Numbered from the stretch's first letter, positions 1 through 13,984 are shown. The stretch: 64,000 nucleotides of DNA from the human T2T-CHM13v2.0 reference genome, Homo sapiens (GCF_009914755.1 NC_060925.1); one strand, 5' to 3'. The notes: generated by a model not told the origin, from the letters alone. Numbers and translations are program-made.

Positions 1-145
1 AGCTAAAAAGCAGGACAAGGAGAAGCCTGCTCTGTGGGAGGAAAATCAAGAGAGTGGTGTCACAAGAGCTAAATAAAGCATCTCAAGAGGGAGGGACTAA
101 TCAACTGTGTCAAATGTTGGTGATAAGTTCAGCAAGACAGGGGCT

Positions 146-329
146 TATCACAATTTGTAATTATCTATTTCTGGTGAGTGTGTCTTTCTTCCTCTGTGTC
201 ACCACCCCATTGATTATAAGCCCCAACAGGGCATGACCAGTGTCTCTTTGTTCATCATTTAATGCCAAACCCTGCTGGACATAGAGTAGGCATACAAAAA
301 TATATTTCTTAAAAGAATGAATAAATGAA
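146..329 (+). mobile_element. L2 LINE 3' end fragment
   Basis: ttataagccccaacagggca...ttgttcatcatt...acatagagtaggcatacaaaaatat...aatgaataaatgaa resembles the L2 3' terminus; boundaries approximate. Confidence 0.6.
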
Positions 330-1556
330 CAGCCAAATGGTAAATCATTTTGTTAAGCCCACTTTTTAAATGTAAATCCTAGAGACCCATCTCTGCCCTG
401 CCCTTAACTAACCAGCTGCTTGCCCATGGGAAAACTTCAGTTTCCTTCCCCTGGATTTCACTTTCCTCACCTATTAGCAAACTGCACGAGTTAACGGCCT
501 CTACCAGATCTTGCATCCCACAAGTCTTCAACAGGTCTAAGTCAGACCTTCTAATTTCCAAGCCATGGTGTAATTTTAGCCACCGCCTCCCCAAAATGCC
601 TACCATTGGCCTGAGGCTGCCGTGAATTCTGTCACTAGATTTTAACACTTTTCAGTACAATCTAATCCCCATGAGACACACAAATTAGGAAGCAACTATG
701 ATCAGTCATTTGTGCCAGAATGTGAGTACATTTGTCTGGTCCTTTCCTAATAACTGTTTTAGATAAGGGCCTGTTGAGAAAGAAAGAGAGTAGAGTATAC
801 TCAGTGAGCTGTCCAGGGAGGAAAGGGGTACAAAAAAAAAAAAACCACTAGAGATAAACTACTGAAAGTCTATATAGGGCAGGTCTTATTTGATGGAATT
901 GAAAGGAAAGGTTCAAGAAATGTTAACTTGTGTCTTTAAGTATCTCCAAATCTGAACTGAATCTCAGGAGATGTTGAGTAAGTCATTTCTCCAACCAGGG
1001 TTTTGATCTCAATTATAAAATTGGTGAAGATGTACTTGATCATCTAAAAATGCTCTGCTGCCTTTAAAGTCAAGGATTCAGTGACTAGGGAATGACTTCT
1101 CTAATTAGGTAGGGAAGGGAAGACAGTCTATTTTAGCCTAGGAATGAAAGATGAAGCAAATAGTCACACATTTCCAAATATGTGGTCGGTCACTTCAGTT
1201 CCAAGAAGGACTACCCAATTCTCTTAGCACAGCAAAATAATAATGATAACAATAATTTTTTACATTTACTCAAGTTACAACAAAAATTTAAAATGGCTCT
1301 TGCCTGCCTCTGAACAAGGCACTGTAAGTGTGGTCACGTGCCCTGTGCATGACAAAGGTCACAGAGTCTGTCCTCAGTATTGTCCTTTGGCCTGAGACTG
1401 CATACACAGAATTAGGATTAGTTCAGTCTCTGCTGCTAACCTCCCCAAAATAACCCTGCTAGCATCAACGACAAAGACTTGGGTCTGGGCACTTCTCCCT
1501 GTAGTGGACTAGCTTGTACTGGACCATGTTTACACTTAAAGAAAGATGATATTTGT

Positions 1557-1851
<295 letters not shown>

Positions 1852-1858
1852 CTAACAA

Positions 1859-1912
1859 ACACACACACACACACACACACACACGAAAGAAAGAAGAAAG
1901 AAAGAGAGAGAG

Positions 1913-1959
<47 letters not shown>

Positions 1960-1972
1960 ACGAAAGAAAGAA
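1859..1972. repeat. Compound microsatellite (CA)n-(GA)n-(GAAA)n in the Alu tail
   Basis: Direct reading: acacac...gaaagaaagaagaaagaaagagagagagagaaagaaagaaag... Confidence 0.95.
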
Positions 1973-3367
1973 ATTAATTTATAAATCAGCAAATAGAATG
2001 GAATCTCTGACCTCACCCCAAATCTGTATTTGGTGGAAGCTGAATGTAAATAAACAGATGAACCAGAAGAACAAGGAAGCAAACAACATTCATGATCAGG
2101 AAAGAGAGTGAAATCAACTAGAGTATCCACAGAATCCAGCCTGTAACATCAGCCTCATTAGCACAGCCCCAAGGGCAGGAGAAATTATGTTTTGGGGCAA
2201 CAAGGATGAGATAAGAAACTTGATAATGACCATCTGCTGCTGATGTCAGGTCTACCTTAAGCAAGGGAGCAGAAGCCCTGGCAATGGGCACACACGCGGA
2301 TGTGTTCCATGTGGTGTGAGAGTGTGTATGTGCGTTTAAAGTACTGTGGGTGGTGCATTTAATACGGCACTTTTCTGTCCAAGAAAATCATATCCCCTCC
2401 AAAGCCCTGAATTATTGAAATCTTGAAGTTTCTCACATCTGTTACGAGCCTTGTATCACCATTTCCGCACGCTATTGGGTGCCATATTCTGTGTCTGAGG
2501 TTACAGGCATGCCAGAACCCTCCCACTGCCAAGCTGGGAGATCATTTGTTATTTCTGTAGCCATAGGCTTGCCAAAACCTGGGGAGCTTGATTCTGAAAG
2601 GAGCCATCATGCCAGAGGGCAGCAAGCTGGCGAGCTGTGGGGTGGTCTCAACACTCGATATCCAAGCCTTTCAGCCTGAGTGTAACCAGAGCCCCTCGGA
2701 GAGAAAGTGGCCCTGAGCTGCCTCAGCTGCTGTAAAATTCCTCTAATGGCCTAGTCTAAGTCCCTCTCACTCAGGCCACCGCCATTTCAATGGAAAGTGA
2801 GTTGGGTCCAAATAGGATGAACCAAACTTCTGTCTGAGCAAAAAAGTTGGCCCAGGGCTCAAGAGCTTTAAATGGACCATGAATAATGTTTTATAGCCTC
2901 GGCACTGGGGTGAACTCAACCCCTACACTTAGCCTCACCTTTCACGGTGTTATTTTTAGAGATCTCATTACACCCCAGCTTAAACTAAAAATATGTTTCC
3001 CAGGAATAGCAGAACACAGTTTTAATTGTGCAAAGTGACACGAATGTTCATGGACTCTAATTACATATGATATTTCATGTGTTTGAGATCAGCTGTAAGG
3101 AGTAAGGAGGAATGGCTAAATTGCATTTTTCAAGAGCAGTGACTAGACTTGCTTTGAGACTACGGGGCTCAATTAGCTTTCTGGGGGCTGGTGTGGTTTT
3201 CCTCAACTGATGCTTTGATTTCTAATAATTTGGGGTGACTCATGTAAGACAGGATAAGAGGTCCCAGGAAGCCCTGTTCATGAGAAGCTCACCTCCAAGT
3301 TCTACCAAGCCATTCTCACCCAACACTGACACATAATTCCCTCCCCACTCTCCCACGCTTGGAAGGC

Positions 3368-3890
<523 letters not shown>

Positions 3891-4214
3891 ATATTATTTT
3901 TTTATTTGACTTGCTCATATACTTGAATCAGTAGGGGCATTTGTTGAGCACTGACCATGACAACACAGGTGATATACGATGCAACGGTGTCAGACCCCGA
4001 CAAAGAGTGCGCACACGGGCATGAGTGGCTCTGATGCAGGACGGCAGGACGGCATCAGCACCAGCCTGGACTGTGGGGACACCAACAAGGGAGCGCTTTA
4101 TCCTGGGGGAAGAAAGTCTCATGAATTCAAGCTGGTCCTTCAAGGATCCTTAGAACAGCAGCATTCTCTCTACTGGTGCACATAGATGTTAAAGATGTAC
4201 CATCTAGGAATAGG

Positions 4215-4430
4215 CTGCCTAAGATGGAACCCCAGCTCTGCCTCTTATTACCAACCTAACCTTGGGCAAGTTACTTAAGCTTTTACGTCATAATTTCTGC
4301 AGCTGCAAGACAGAGCTCATGTTAACACCTACTTCATAACGTGGTTACGAGGATTAAATGAGATAGTTGATGTGACGCACAAGCCTTCAGTACATTGTCA
4401 CAAAGAAATTCCTCAAGAAATGTTGGAGGT
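4215..4430 (+). mobile_element. MIR SINE
   Basis: cccagctctgcc...ccttgggcaagttacttaa...cctacttcata...gaggattaaatgagat. Confidence 0.8.
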
Positions 4431-7021
4431 TAATGGTACTGTGGGAATTTTATTCCTGGAAAAGGGAACATTTGAGCAAAGAGAGGAATGCACAGGATAA
4501 TTAAAGGAATATCTTGTGGCTTAGTTTGACTGAATCATAGCACATATTATGGGAGAAAAGGCAGGTCCTCAAGTAACCTCTCTGGGTTAGTCTTTGCATT
4601 CACTTGCGACATTTTCTCGATTCCATCAGTGTACATTCCGTGTCTCTCTCTAGTTCCTGGACTCTCTAAGACTGGAGCTCACATTGTAACCACTCAGACC
4701 ACTCAGCCTTCTCTTTTCCATGAGAATCATCTTCCATCCCTATTTTCAGACTATTCTGGTTTCATCAGCTTTTTAAGACAATTATTAATATTTTGATGAA
4801 GTTGGCAGTCTAGTAATGACAGTGTGATCACTCAACCTGGTTATAGAGAAAAACATGTTTGCAAATTTTCCATCTGGTGAAAAGTCTAAAGGTCCCAAGC
4901 TCATTTCTGTAATCTCTCAAATTCCAGTGCCTATTCTAGAAGGGGGCTTGGTCAGACTGGACCAGACAGCCACCCTGAACCTGGAGGGAACAAGCTCAAC
5001 AGCACGGGGACAGGGATGGAGGTGAGGACACCAAGTTGTGGGTAGGCTGCAGGGTCTACAGAAGAGTCAGTTCATTTTTAAAATGAGATGCCTGTGAGTC
5101 CCCCATGTGAATCAGCTGTCACTGCAGGGTACTCATGCTGTTCCTATCATATCATTGGGATACTTTTCAGAGCACGGTTCCCAATACTCAGAACCTTTTA
5201 TTTTATTTATTTTTCCCAGAGAGGTATTGACGTATTTGCATAAAGAAATAGAAGTTGCTGTCTCATGGACTTTTGGATGCAGAATAATTATTTTGCAAAA
5301 CAATATGAATAAACAGCAGAAAAAAAGTAGGAAAATAGAAAGAGAAGCAGATGCCCCATCTCCAGGGTGTGAGTATCATCACCTCACGTTTACATCAGAG
5401 TTCCTGAGTATCACTCTCAGATCATAGTTATTTTACTCTTTCCCCCAATATCTACAAGTACAGTCTGACACTGTGCAAAGCTACCAGTGTCCCCTGAGGG
5501 TTGTTTGCCCCTAATGGGTCTTCTCTCTGCCCTTCCCACTTCAGCTTCCAGTCTCAGGTCTCTTGCCCCAGCAGAAGCCCTGCCCCTCACCGTGTGGGGA
5601 CAGGAAAGGTCCCTTCCCAAGCACCACATTATCAACTACTATTGGACCCACCTGGGCAATTTGGCAGCCTATGTGCCCTGGCATTCTGGGACAGCTTAGG
5701 AGTGTCTGAGAATAGACAGAGATGGCCCAGAGCTGCAGCTGCACAGCTGAGGCAGAGAGTGCCCCAGCGCCCCAGCCTCAGGCAGCCTCCTCGGCCTCCC
5801 TCCCAGGAGCAGGCTGGCTGCACAGCTGATCCTCACTAATCCCGCTCCGTAGAGCCAAACTGCTTGATTTTCATATATCTATGACTTGCGTGTTCTTTAC
5901 ATCGCCTGCTTTATTTTCAAACCTGTCAACAGGCCTCTGAAAAGGTTGCACACATGAGCAAAGGTCTGGGCAGCTGCAGGAAGGACAGAAGCAGCCGCAG
6001 GCTGGGCAGGAGGGGGAAGGCCTGGGGTGGCAGCCCAGCTACAGCAGGGCAGGCACTCAGACCTGGGAGACTGAGTCAGGAGAACATGGACTTCCCATTT
6101 TGGGGGTTTTGTCTCATCAAAACAAAAACCAGGCATATGTTTTTCTGCCCTGAGATCCTATCTGGTTAGATTAGCAAGCTGGCTATAAATCTGAGATGGA
6201 CCACAGACTTACTGAACTATATTTATCAAGTTTCTTAATAAAGCAAAGGCCCAGAAGCCTTTGAGAGTGAACACTGTTTTTTTCTGACAGAGACATAAGC
6301 CAGCAACAAGCAGTTTATTGTTGTTGTTCAGTTGCCAAGTGGGTGATTCAATTAAAATAGGAGCTACATCAGATCTGTTTGTATGAACCCACAGCGTTGC
6401 TATTTGTAAAGGGGCCCTACTTCTCGGACTTACATCATTGCTATTTTTTTTTCAAGATTGTTTTAAGGTCTCTAAAAGAAGACTCACAGGTTGAGATTTG
6501 CCTACCGCGTTGTGCCGACAAAGACCAGACAGTCAGACTGAGGCTGTCTCTGAATATGGATGTTGTGCCAATCATTGTTTCTAAGCTGACAGGTCAATTC
6601 AATCTAACAATGGAATTCAAGATAATGAAAGCCAGAATATCAGAATAGAAGAGGATCTTGGGAGTTACAAGGCATGACTCCTTCATTTGAAGCTGAGGAA
6701 AGTAAGGACCAATGACTTTGCTAGACTGGGACTTGAAGGCAGAATTATTAGGGCTCTTTCCAGTGGACTACACATACCCGCAAGCTCCCTGGCATCTTGA
6801 AATAGAGTCTGGTTCAGGAGCTTCATGTCGAACCAGATAAATGTGTAACACAATGGGAGAGAGGAAAACCCGGGTGCCATAGATGGGAAGAACAGTATTG
6901 TGGGCTCTCATATCTACAGGTGTCCTCTCAAATTAGAGAAGTAGCCTCCAGATTTTGTTTCACCCATAGACCATGTGGAGAATTCAGTCTCTGATGGGCC
7001 CCACAAAAAAACTATAGAGGA

Positions 7022-7303
7022 GATGGGGCCCGGTGGCTCACGCCTGTAATCCTAGCACTTTGGGAGGCTGAGGCGGGCAGATCACAAGGTCAAGAGATAG
7101 AGAGCATCCTGGCCAACACGGTGAAACCCCATCTCTACTAAAAATACAAAAATTAGCTGGGCATGGTGGCAGGCACCTGTACTCCCAGCTACTCGGGAGG
7201 CTGAGGCAGGAGAATCACTTGACCCTGGGAGGTGGAGGTTTCAGTAAGCCGAGATCACACCACTGCACTCCAGCCTGGAGACAGAGCAAGACTCCGTCTC
7301 AAA
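7022..7303 (+). mobile_element. AluSc-type, full body but essentially no poly(A) tail
   Basis: gatcacaaggtcaagagat...catcctggccaac and cctggagacagag (Sc diagnostics); ends gtctcaaa; degenerate TSD aaactatagagg / aaacctagagg. Confidence 0.92.
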
Positions 7304-8006
7304 CCTAGAGGCAAAATAGCAAGATAATCCAGGGACTAATGAGTAATGCAGAGGAAACATACCTTTTCTGGTGGACGCTAATGCACTCTTCAAATATTTC
7401 AATGTAACAGGATTCTAAGTTGGAAGTTTTAATTGAAGTATCATGATTTAATAAATATCAGATACAGAAATATCCAAAAAGCCACCCAATAATGATTTCA
7501 CATTTCATGATCCTCTCTTTGGAGAAGCCTGCACTATGAATACCTCACAACCCTCAAAGAGTGTGGCATGGGAGGGCATCTGTTCCTCCCCTCAAGTCCC
7601 TTAGGAGAAGGCTCAGGGGATGACTCAGGAGTCTATGATATGTCCCCTTGCAGGTAGAGGAGTGATGCGGACTGGTGCCCTTCTCTCACCCTTACAACGT
7701 GAGGGATGGCCTGCTAAGGGGGAGATGATGGTGTTAGGCAGCTTACTCCCCTGGAGTTTGTTAAGATGATGCACTCAGAGTGTTCAAGGACCAGATGTAG
7801 GCCACGTTGGGGAGCTGGCATTGGGATGGTCGGCAGAGGTTTCCAGGGGCTAACGAGAAGATATGTGACCACTAGAGCAGAAAGCATCACAGCATCCGAG
7901 GGTCTGAAGGTAAAAGACCACCAGGGAGCAGAGAAGCCTTATAAGAAAACCAGGAGAAAGCACCAGACTGTAACTGTTCCCAAGCTTGCTGAGGTCTGAG
8001 CCAGCT

Positions 8007-8430
8007 GTCTTTGGTTGGGCTTCCTGGGAGCATTGTCTGAAATAGGGATTCTTGTGAAGTGGTTTACTGGGGGAGTGCTCTCGGCAAAGCAGAATAAAAA
8101 GGAGAGAAGCAAAATAAGGATGTGGTCTCTGTTCAAGGCTAGCCCCTGACTCGTCCCACAGCAAGCTCTGGTCTGTCCTGGAGAAATGAGGCCAGGCTTT
8201 TACCTCCCTGTCAGTTGGTCATTGGCTGCTGAGTGCAATGTGGGGGAAGGCGAGGAAGCAGCTGGGGAGAAAGTTGGGGAGTTAAATAGGGAGGGGAAGG
8301 GCCATGACTCAGAAAAGGTGGCTTCCATTTGGTCAAAGGCAAATTCTCCCAAGAGGGGGAGAACTATAAGCCATTAACAGCCAATAGTCACAGCACTCAA
8401 TGGGTGGAGACCTAGGAGGAACATCAACAC
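8007..8430 (-). mobile_element. Old ERVL solo LTR (LTR16-family-like)
   Basis: gggattcttgtgaagtggtttactgggggagtgctctc...cagttggtcattggctg; homologous to the element at 30978-31415; family name tentative. Confidence 0.55.
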
Positions 8431-8481
8431 ATTTGCTGTAACAGCTTCATGCCTGTCGAGCTTTTTATTAATAGTTCTCCT

Positions 8482-8840
<359 letters not shown>

Positions 8841-8929
8841 CTATAATAGGCCTAGCTAGAGTTAGGGTATAAGTCTTAACTTTGAATGAAATTGAATGCT
8901 TTGACTATCACATAGGAATGAACATTTTT

Positions 8930-9655
8930 AATGTTTTATTTTAATATTATATACATATAGAAAAGGACACATATCACAAGCATACAGCACAAGTGCTCGC
9001 AGACCACACCCATGTGACAATCCCCACCATCAATAAAGAGAAACTCACCAGCAACCGAGTTGCCTTCACACTCCCTTCCTGTCACTCTCCTCTCACCTCT
9101 GCCACGTGATAACTACTAGAGTAATTGTCTAACAGCACAGATTCATTTTGCCTGTTTTTAGTTTTTATATAAATGGAATCTTATAATATGTACACTTCTG
9201 TGTCTGGCTTCTTTCAACACTATGTTTATGAGAGTCATCCATATTTTTGCATGTTCTTGTATATTACACTTTCTCTGTATAGTATTCATTTGAATGACTG
9301 TACATAAATTTATTTATCCATTCCACTGTTGATAGAAATTTTAGTAGTTTGCAGTTTAGAGTTATCACATATAGTGTGAAAATGTTAATACATGGCATGT
9401 GGTAAATCTGTGTACACATTTCTGTATATAGGCCCTGGGATTAATAGACTCATAGGCACCTTGGAGTTAATAGGATCATAGACAACTATTTATATGTGTG
9501 TGTGTGCATGTGTGTGTATATTAGTAAATACTGCCCAACAATTTTCAAACGTGGCTGTAACATTTATAACCCCACCAGCAGTGATGAGAGTTCTAGTTGC
9601 TTTAGACCCTTGTTAATGCTTGGTATTTTCTGTCTTGTTCATTTTAGCTAGCACT
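8930..9655 (-). mobile_element. L1M (L1ME-like) 3' end fragment
   Basis: ttttgcctgtttttag...atataaatggaatc...tgtgtctggcttctttc...ttatttatccattccactgttgat...cccaccagcagtg, typical antisense L1M 3' UTR. Confidence 0.8.
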
Positions 9656-10994
9656 GGATATTGTTAATTACTGAATTGAGCTTGTGTATGACATAAGTGC
9701 TTGAGGGCTTGCAATTGCCTAAGAGTGATCAGAACGGTCTGAAAGTCTTTCTGCATTTTCATATGAGGACAAAGGAAGGCCTGTCTGCAAACAAGCAAGT
9801 TTAAAGGGACTAGGAGAAACAAAAGCAAAGTTATTTTTATAATTATATGCTTGTGAGTCCTCCCACTCAACCTACTGGTAACACTGAGACAATATTATCA
9901 TCCTCTTCCTCATCATCGTTATTTATATTATTTTAATTTTATTTTTATTACTATTGATTTTTACCAAAGCACGGAGATTTTCTATGAAAGATGATGAAAT
10001 TTTTGTACTCTTGAGCTTCCTTGTCTTGATGAAACCTAGGATTTTGACATATCTGAAGCTCAAGTTTATAACTAATGCTTTCACTCTTAAACTGATATCA
10101 AAAATCCCGCTTCATTTCCTACTACCACGGGGGCTAGGAAGATAGTTTTCATAACAGAAAAAGACAAGAGGTAGATCATTATCTCCTTGCTTGTCATGGG
10201 GAAAGAGAAGAGATGAAAAAGATTTTTTTCAAGCTCCTTCACACCCATCTCACCTCCCCTTCCCCATTTCCCAAAGGAACACACACAAATAGCTCATTCC
10301 CTGAGCTCCACTTAGGAGACCAGCCTGGACAAAGTGTTTCCCTCCAGGATGCACATAGGTCCTCCTTTGTAAGAAGTGGGGCACACATACCACTGCTGGA
10401 CAATGTGGGCCTTCAAGATAATTGGTCCGTGGATGGGCTTCTGGAAAGCAAACCAAGCCTTTTGTTATTTTTTCCCATATTTTTGTCCAGCCAGTTGGTT
10501 TTTGAGAGAGTAAGGGGTATAAGGAAGTTGGGTCACTGAGGAAGGCTCTTGTTTGGGGAATTTTCACCAAACATGTCATTTTCTAACTGGGGCTATTTGC
10601 TGTGGTCTTTCTGCCTGACTGTCTGCATTGAGTGATGGTTATAATTAACAAATAGCAGCAGCGTTTCCATCGCAAGCTCATACTGTGGTTTCTCTGACTC
10701 ATCCTAATGAACTATGGGCCCCTCGAAGTGAAGGTTATTTTTTTTTTCCTTCCTGAAAAATATATTGCAGTGATGGCCTTAATTGAAACTGCTGAATGGT
10801 AAAATGTAATTTGTTGTTCATTTTTTTTAAAATGTTATATTGAAAAGCAGGAGAAGAGGTGAAGTCAAATGCTGTTTATCTGTATGTTGTGTGTATACTC
10901 ATGTATTTTGAGACCTTTATTTTTAAAATTGTAACAATATTGGTGGCCATATGGCCCCAGCAAAATTACCCAAATGTTTAATTGAAACGAGACT

Positions 10995-11009
10995 AATTGT
11001 CATGCAAAT
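10995..11009 (+). promoter_or_regulatory. SOX-OCT composite motif candidate
   Basis: AATTGTCATGCAAAT, 14/15 match to CATTGTCATGCAAAT with a perfect octamer; motif match only. Confidence 0.35.
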
Positions 11010-11489
11010 ATATTACTACCAGACAAGCTAACAAGAATAATGAAAAATGAAGTACATTAGAGGATACTTGGAAATGTTGATTTTGTGATTTTCAGCCAGG
11101 AAAGTGGCTGAAAGAGTTCTTACTGGGGAGGGAGTGATTTATCCTGTTTAGCTTAAGTGAAAGTGAGGAATCCCAAAGGTTTGTAATAGCCTTTATGGTT
11201 CTCTTTACTAGTATAACTCCTGCTCAGAGGGGCTTATCTGTGACAGAATGAGTTTTTACTTAAAGGGACGGTGGCTGGCTGCTTGCCATTCACTAAAGAT
11301 TCCACCACACCTGGGAGGAGAAGAGAAATACACCTCCTACTACTCATACCTTGGGGAAATTCTCTGCTTCTCAGAGGAGCAGGAGTCAGATTGGAAAGGG
11401 ACCTTGAGGAAAATGAACCCAGAAGCATTTCAGAAGGAAAGCGGGCTTTCTTCGGAGATAGCACCAGGACAACAGGCATAGACTTGGAT

Positions 11490-11628
11490 GCTGAGCAAAT
11501 CACCCGGAATCTCCTAAAAATATTTACTACTGTGCCTGACCACAGGCCTACTGAAGCAGAACCTGCAGGGTAAGGCCAAGGCCCTGTGATTCTGATGTGC
11601 ACCCACATTTGAGAATCAGTGATTCTAG
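11490..11628. mobile_element. MER5-like hAT-Charlie MITE fragment
   Basis: cctactgaagcagaacctgcaggg...gtgattctgatgtgcacccacatttgagaatcagtg. Confidence 0.6.
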
Positions 11629-11744
11629 TTAAACTCCTTCTTTCAGAGTCCAGGTCAGTAAGATTCAAGAAAGTAAATTCCTCACCAGTGATCAGCAAGT
11701 GGTTAGTGACAAGGGAGTGTCTACGACTGCCTTCTGGGTGCTTT

Positions 11745-13169
11745 TGAGAGGTGACAGCGTGCTGGCAGTCCTCACAGCCCTCGCTCGCTCTCGGCGCCTC
11801 CTCTGCCTGGGCTCCCACTTTGGCGGCACTTGAGGAGCCCTTCAGCCCACCGCTGCACTGTGGGAGCCCATTACTGGGCTGGCCAAGACCGGAGCCGGCT
11901 CCCTCAGCTTGCAGGGAGGTGCGGAGGAAGAGGCGCGAGCGGGAACCGGGGCTGGCACAGCGCTTGAGGGCCAGCTGGAGTTCCGGGTGGGCGTGGGCTT
12001 GGCGGGCCCCGCACTCGGAGCAGCAGTCCGGCCCTGCTGGCCCAGGCAATGAGGAGCTTAGCACCCAGGCCAGCGGCTGCGTAGGGTGTACTGGGTCCCC
12101 CAGCAGTGCCAGCCCACCCGTGCTGCGCTCGATTTCTCGCCGGGCCTTAGCTGCCTTCCCACGGGGCAGGGCTCGGGACCTGCAGCCCGCCATGCCTGAG
12201 CCTTCCCCCGCCTCCGTGGGCTCCTGTGCGGCAGGAGCCTCCCTGATGAGCGCCGCCCCCTGCTCCACGGAGCCCAGTCCCATCGACCACCTGAGGGCTG
12301 AGGAGTGCAGGCGCACTGCACGGGACTGGCAGGCAGCTCCACCTGCAGCCCCTGTGCGGGATCCATTGGGTGAAGCCAGCTGGGTTCCTGAGTCTGCTGG
12401 GGAGGTGGAGAACCTTTAAGTCTAGCTCAGGGATTGTAAATACACCAATCGGCACTCTGTATCTAGCTCAAGGTTTGTAAACACACCAATCAGTACCCTG
12501 TGTCTAGCTCAGGGTTTGTGAATGCACCAATCGACACTCTGTATCTAGCTACTCTGGTGGGGGCTTGGAGAACCTTTGTGTGGACACTCTGTATCTAGCT
12601 AATCTGGTGGGGATGTGGAGAACCTTTGTGTCTAGCTCAGGGATTGTAAACGCACCAATCAGCGCCCTGTCAAAACAGACCACTGGGCTCTACCAGTCAG
12701 CAGGATGTGGGTGGGCCAGATAAGAGAATAAAAGCAGACTGCCGGAGCCAGCAGTGGCAACCCGCTCGGGTTCCCTTCCACACTGTGGAAGCTTTGTTCT
12801 TTCGCTCTTTGCAATAAATCTTGCTTACTGCTCACTCTTTGGGTCCACACTGCTTTTATGAGCTGTAACACTCACCGCGAAGGTCTGCAGCTTCACTCCT
12901 GAAGCCAGCGAGACCACGAGCCCACCGAGAGGAACGAACTCCAGAGGCGCCGCCTTAAGAGCTGTAACACTCACCGTGAAGGTCTGCAGCTTCACTGCTG
13001 AGCCAGCGAGACCACGAACCCACCAGAAGGAAGAAACTCTGAACACATCCGAACATCAGAAGGAACAAACTCCAGACGTGCCACCTTAAGAGCTGTAACA
13101 CTCACCACGAGGGTCGGCGGCTCCATTCTTAAAGTCAGTGAGACCAAGAACCCACCAGTTCCAGACACA
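11745..13169 (+). mobile_element. LTR12C (ERV9/HERV9) solo LTR, full length
   Basis: Starts TGAGAGGTGACAGCGTGCTGGCAGTCCTCACAGCC and ends ...aagaacccaccagttccagacaca; perfect 4-bp TSD cttt (11741-11744 / 13170-13173); CpG-rich U3 and repeated U5 units. Confidence 0.97.
12421..12733 (+). promoter_or_regulatory. LTR12C U3 enhancer/promoter repeats (CCAAT boxes, GATA, TATA-like box)
   Basis: CCAAT at 12445, 12486, 12527 (41-bp period) and 12655; AGATAA at about 12718; AATAAAA TATA-like at 12727-12733; LTR poly(A) signal AATAAA at 12813-12818. Confidence 0.75.
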
Positions 13170-13188
13170 CTTTTCTTGCATTAGATCC

Positions 13189-13634
13189 TGTGATGGTTAA
13201 TATTGAGTGTCAACTTGATTGAATTGAAGGATGCAAAGTATTGTTCCTGGGTGTGTCTGTGAGGGTGTTGCCAAAGGAGATTAACACTTGAGTCAGTGAA
13301 CTGGGAAAGGCAGACCCACCCTCCATCTGGGTGGGCACCATCTAATCAGCTGCCAGCATGGCTAAAATATAAAGCAGGCAGAAGAACATGAAAAGACTAG
13401 ACTGGCCTAGTTTCCCAGCCTACATCTTTCTCCCGTGGTGGATGCTTCCTGCCCTCAAACATCAGACTCCAGGTTCTTCAGTTTTAGGACTCGGACTGGC
13501 TCTCCTTGCTCCTCAGCTTGCAGATGGCCTATTGTGGGACCTTGTGATTATGTGAGTTAATGCTTAATAAACTCCCCTTTATATGTATATCTATCCTATT
13601 AGCTCTGTTCCTCTAGAGAACCCTGACTAATACA
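13189..13634 (+). mobile_element. MLT2A1 (HERV-L) solo LTR, full length
   Basis: TGTGATGGTTAATATTGAGTGTCAACTTGATT...CTAGAGAACCCTGACTAATACA, 446 bp; 5-bp TSD gatcc/gttcc; AATAAA at 13566-13571. Confidence 0.93.
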
Positions 13635-13666
13635 GTTCCCTTACCTTCAAAAGGTTGTCAATTCTG

Positions 13667-13970
13667 AGCTAGGCATGATGGCTCATGCCTGTGATCTCAG
13701 CACTTTGGGAGGCCAAGGCAGTTGAGTTGACTGAGCTCAGGAGTTGGAGACTAGCCAGGGCCACATGGTGAAACCCCACCTCTCCAAAAACAGTAAAAAT
13801 AAAAAATTAGCCAGGCATGGTGGTGTGTACCAGTAGTCCCAGCTACTCAGGAGGCTAAGGCAGGAGGATTGCTTGAGCCCAGGAGATCAAGGCTGTGGTG
13901 AGCTGTGATCTGGAGCGCCACTGCACTCCATCCTGGGCAATGGAGCCAGACCCTGTCTCAACAACAACAA
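13667..13970 (+). mobile_element. AluJ-type, diverged
   Basis: Dimeric Alu with ggaggattgcttgagcccaggag and a (CAA)n tail. Confidence 0.9.
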
Positions 13971-13984
13971 TGAAACCAAGATTG

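Noticed and set aside
11234-12455. Long ORFs (360 aa minus, 222 aa plus, others)
   Set aside because: They overlap the GC-rich, stop-poor LTR12C U3; the translations are typical LTR12-derived spurious peptides with no domain or exon structure.
12421-13110. Regularly spaced repeats superficially like a CRISPR array
   Set aside because: Known internal tandem units of LTR12 U3/U5; no unique spacers, no cas genes, eukaryotic DNA.
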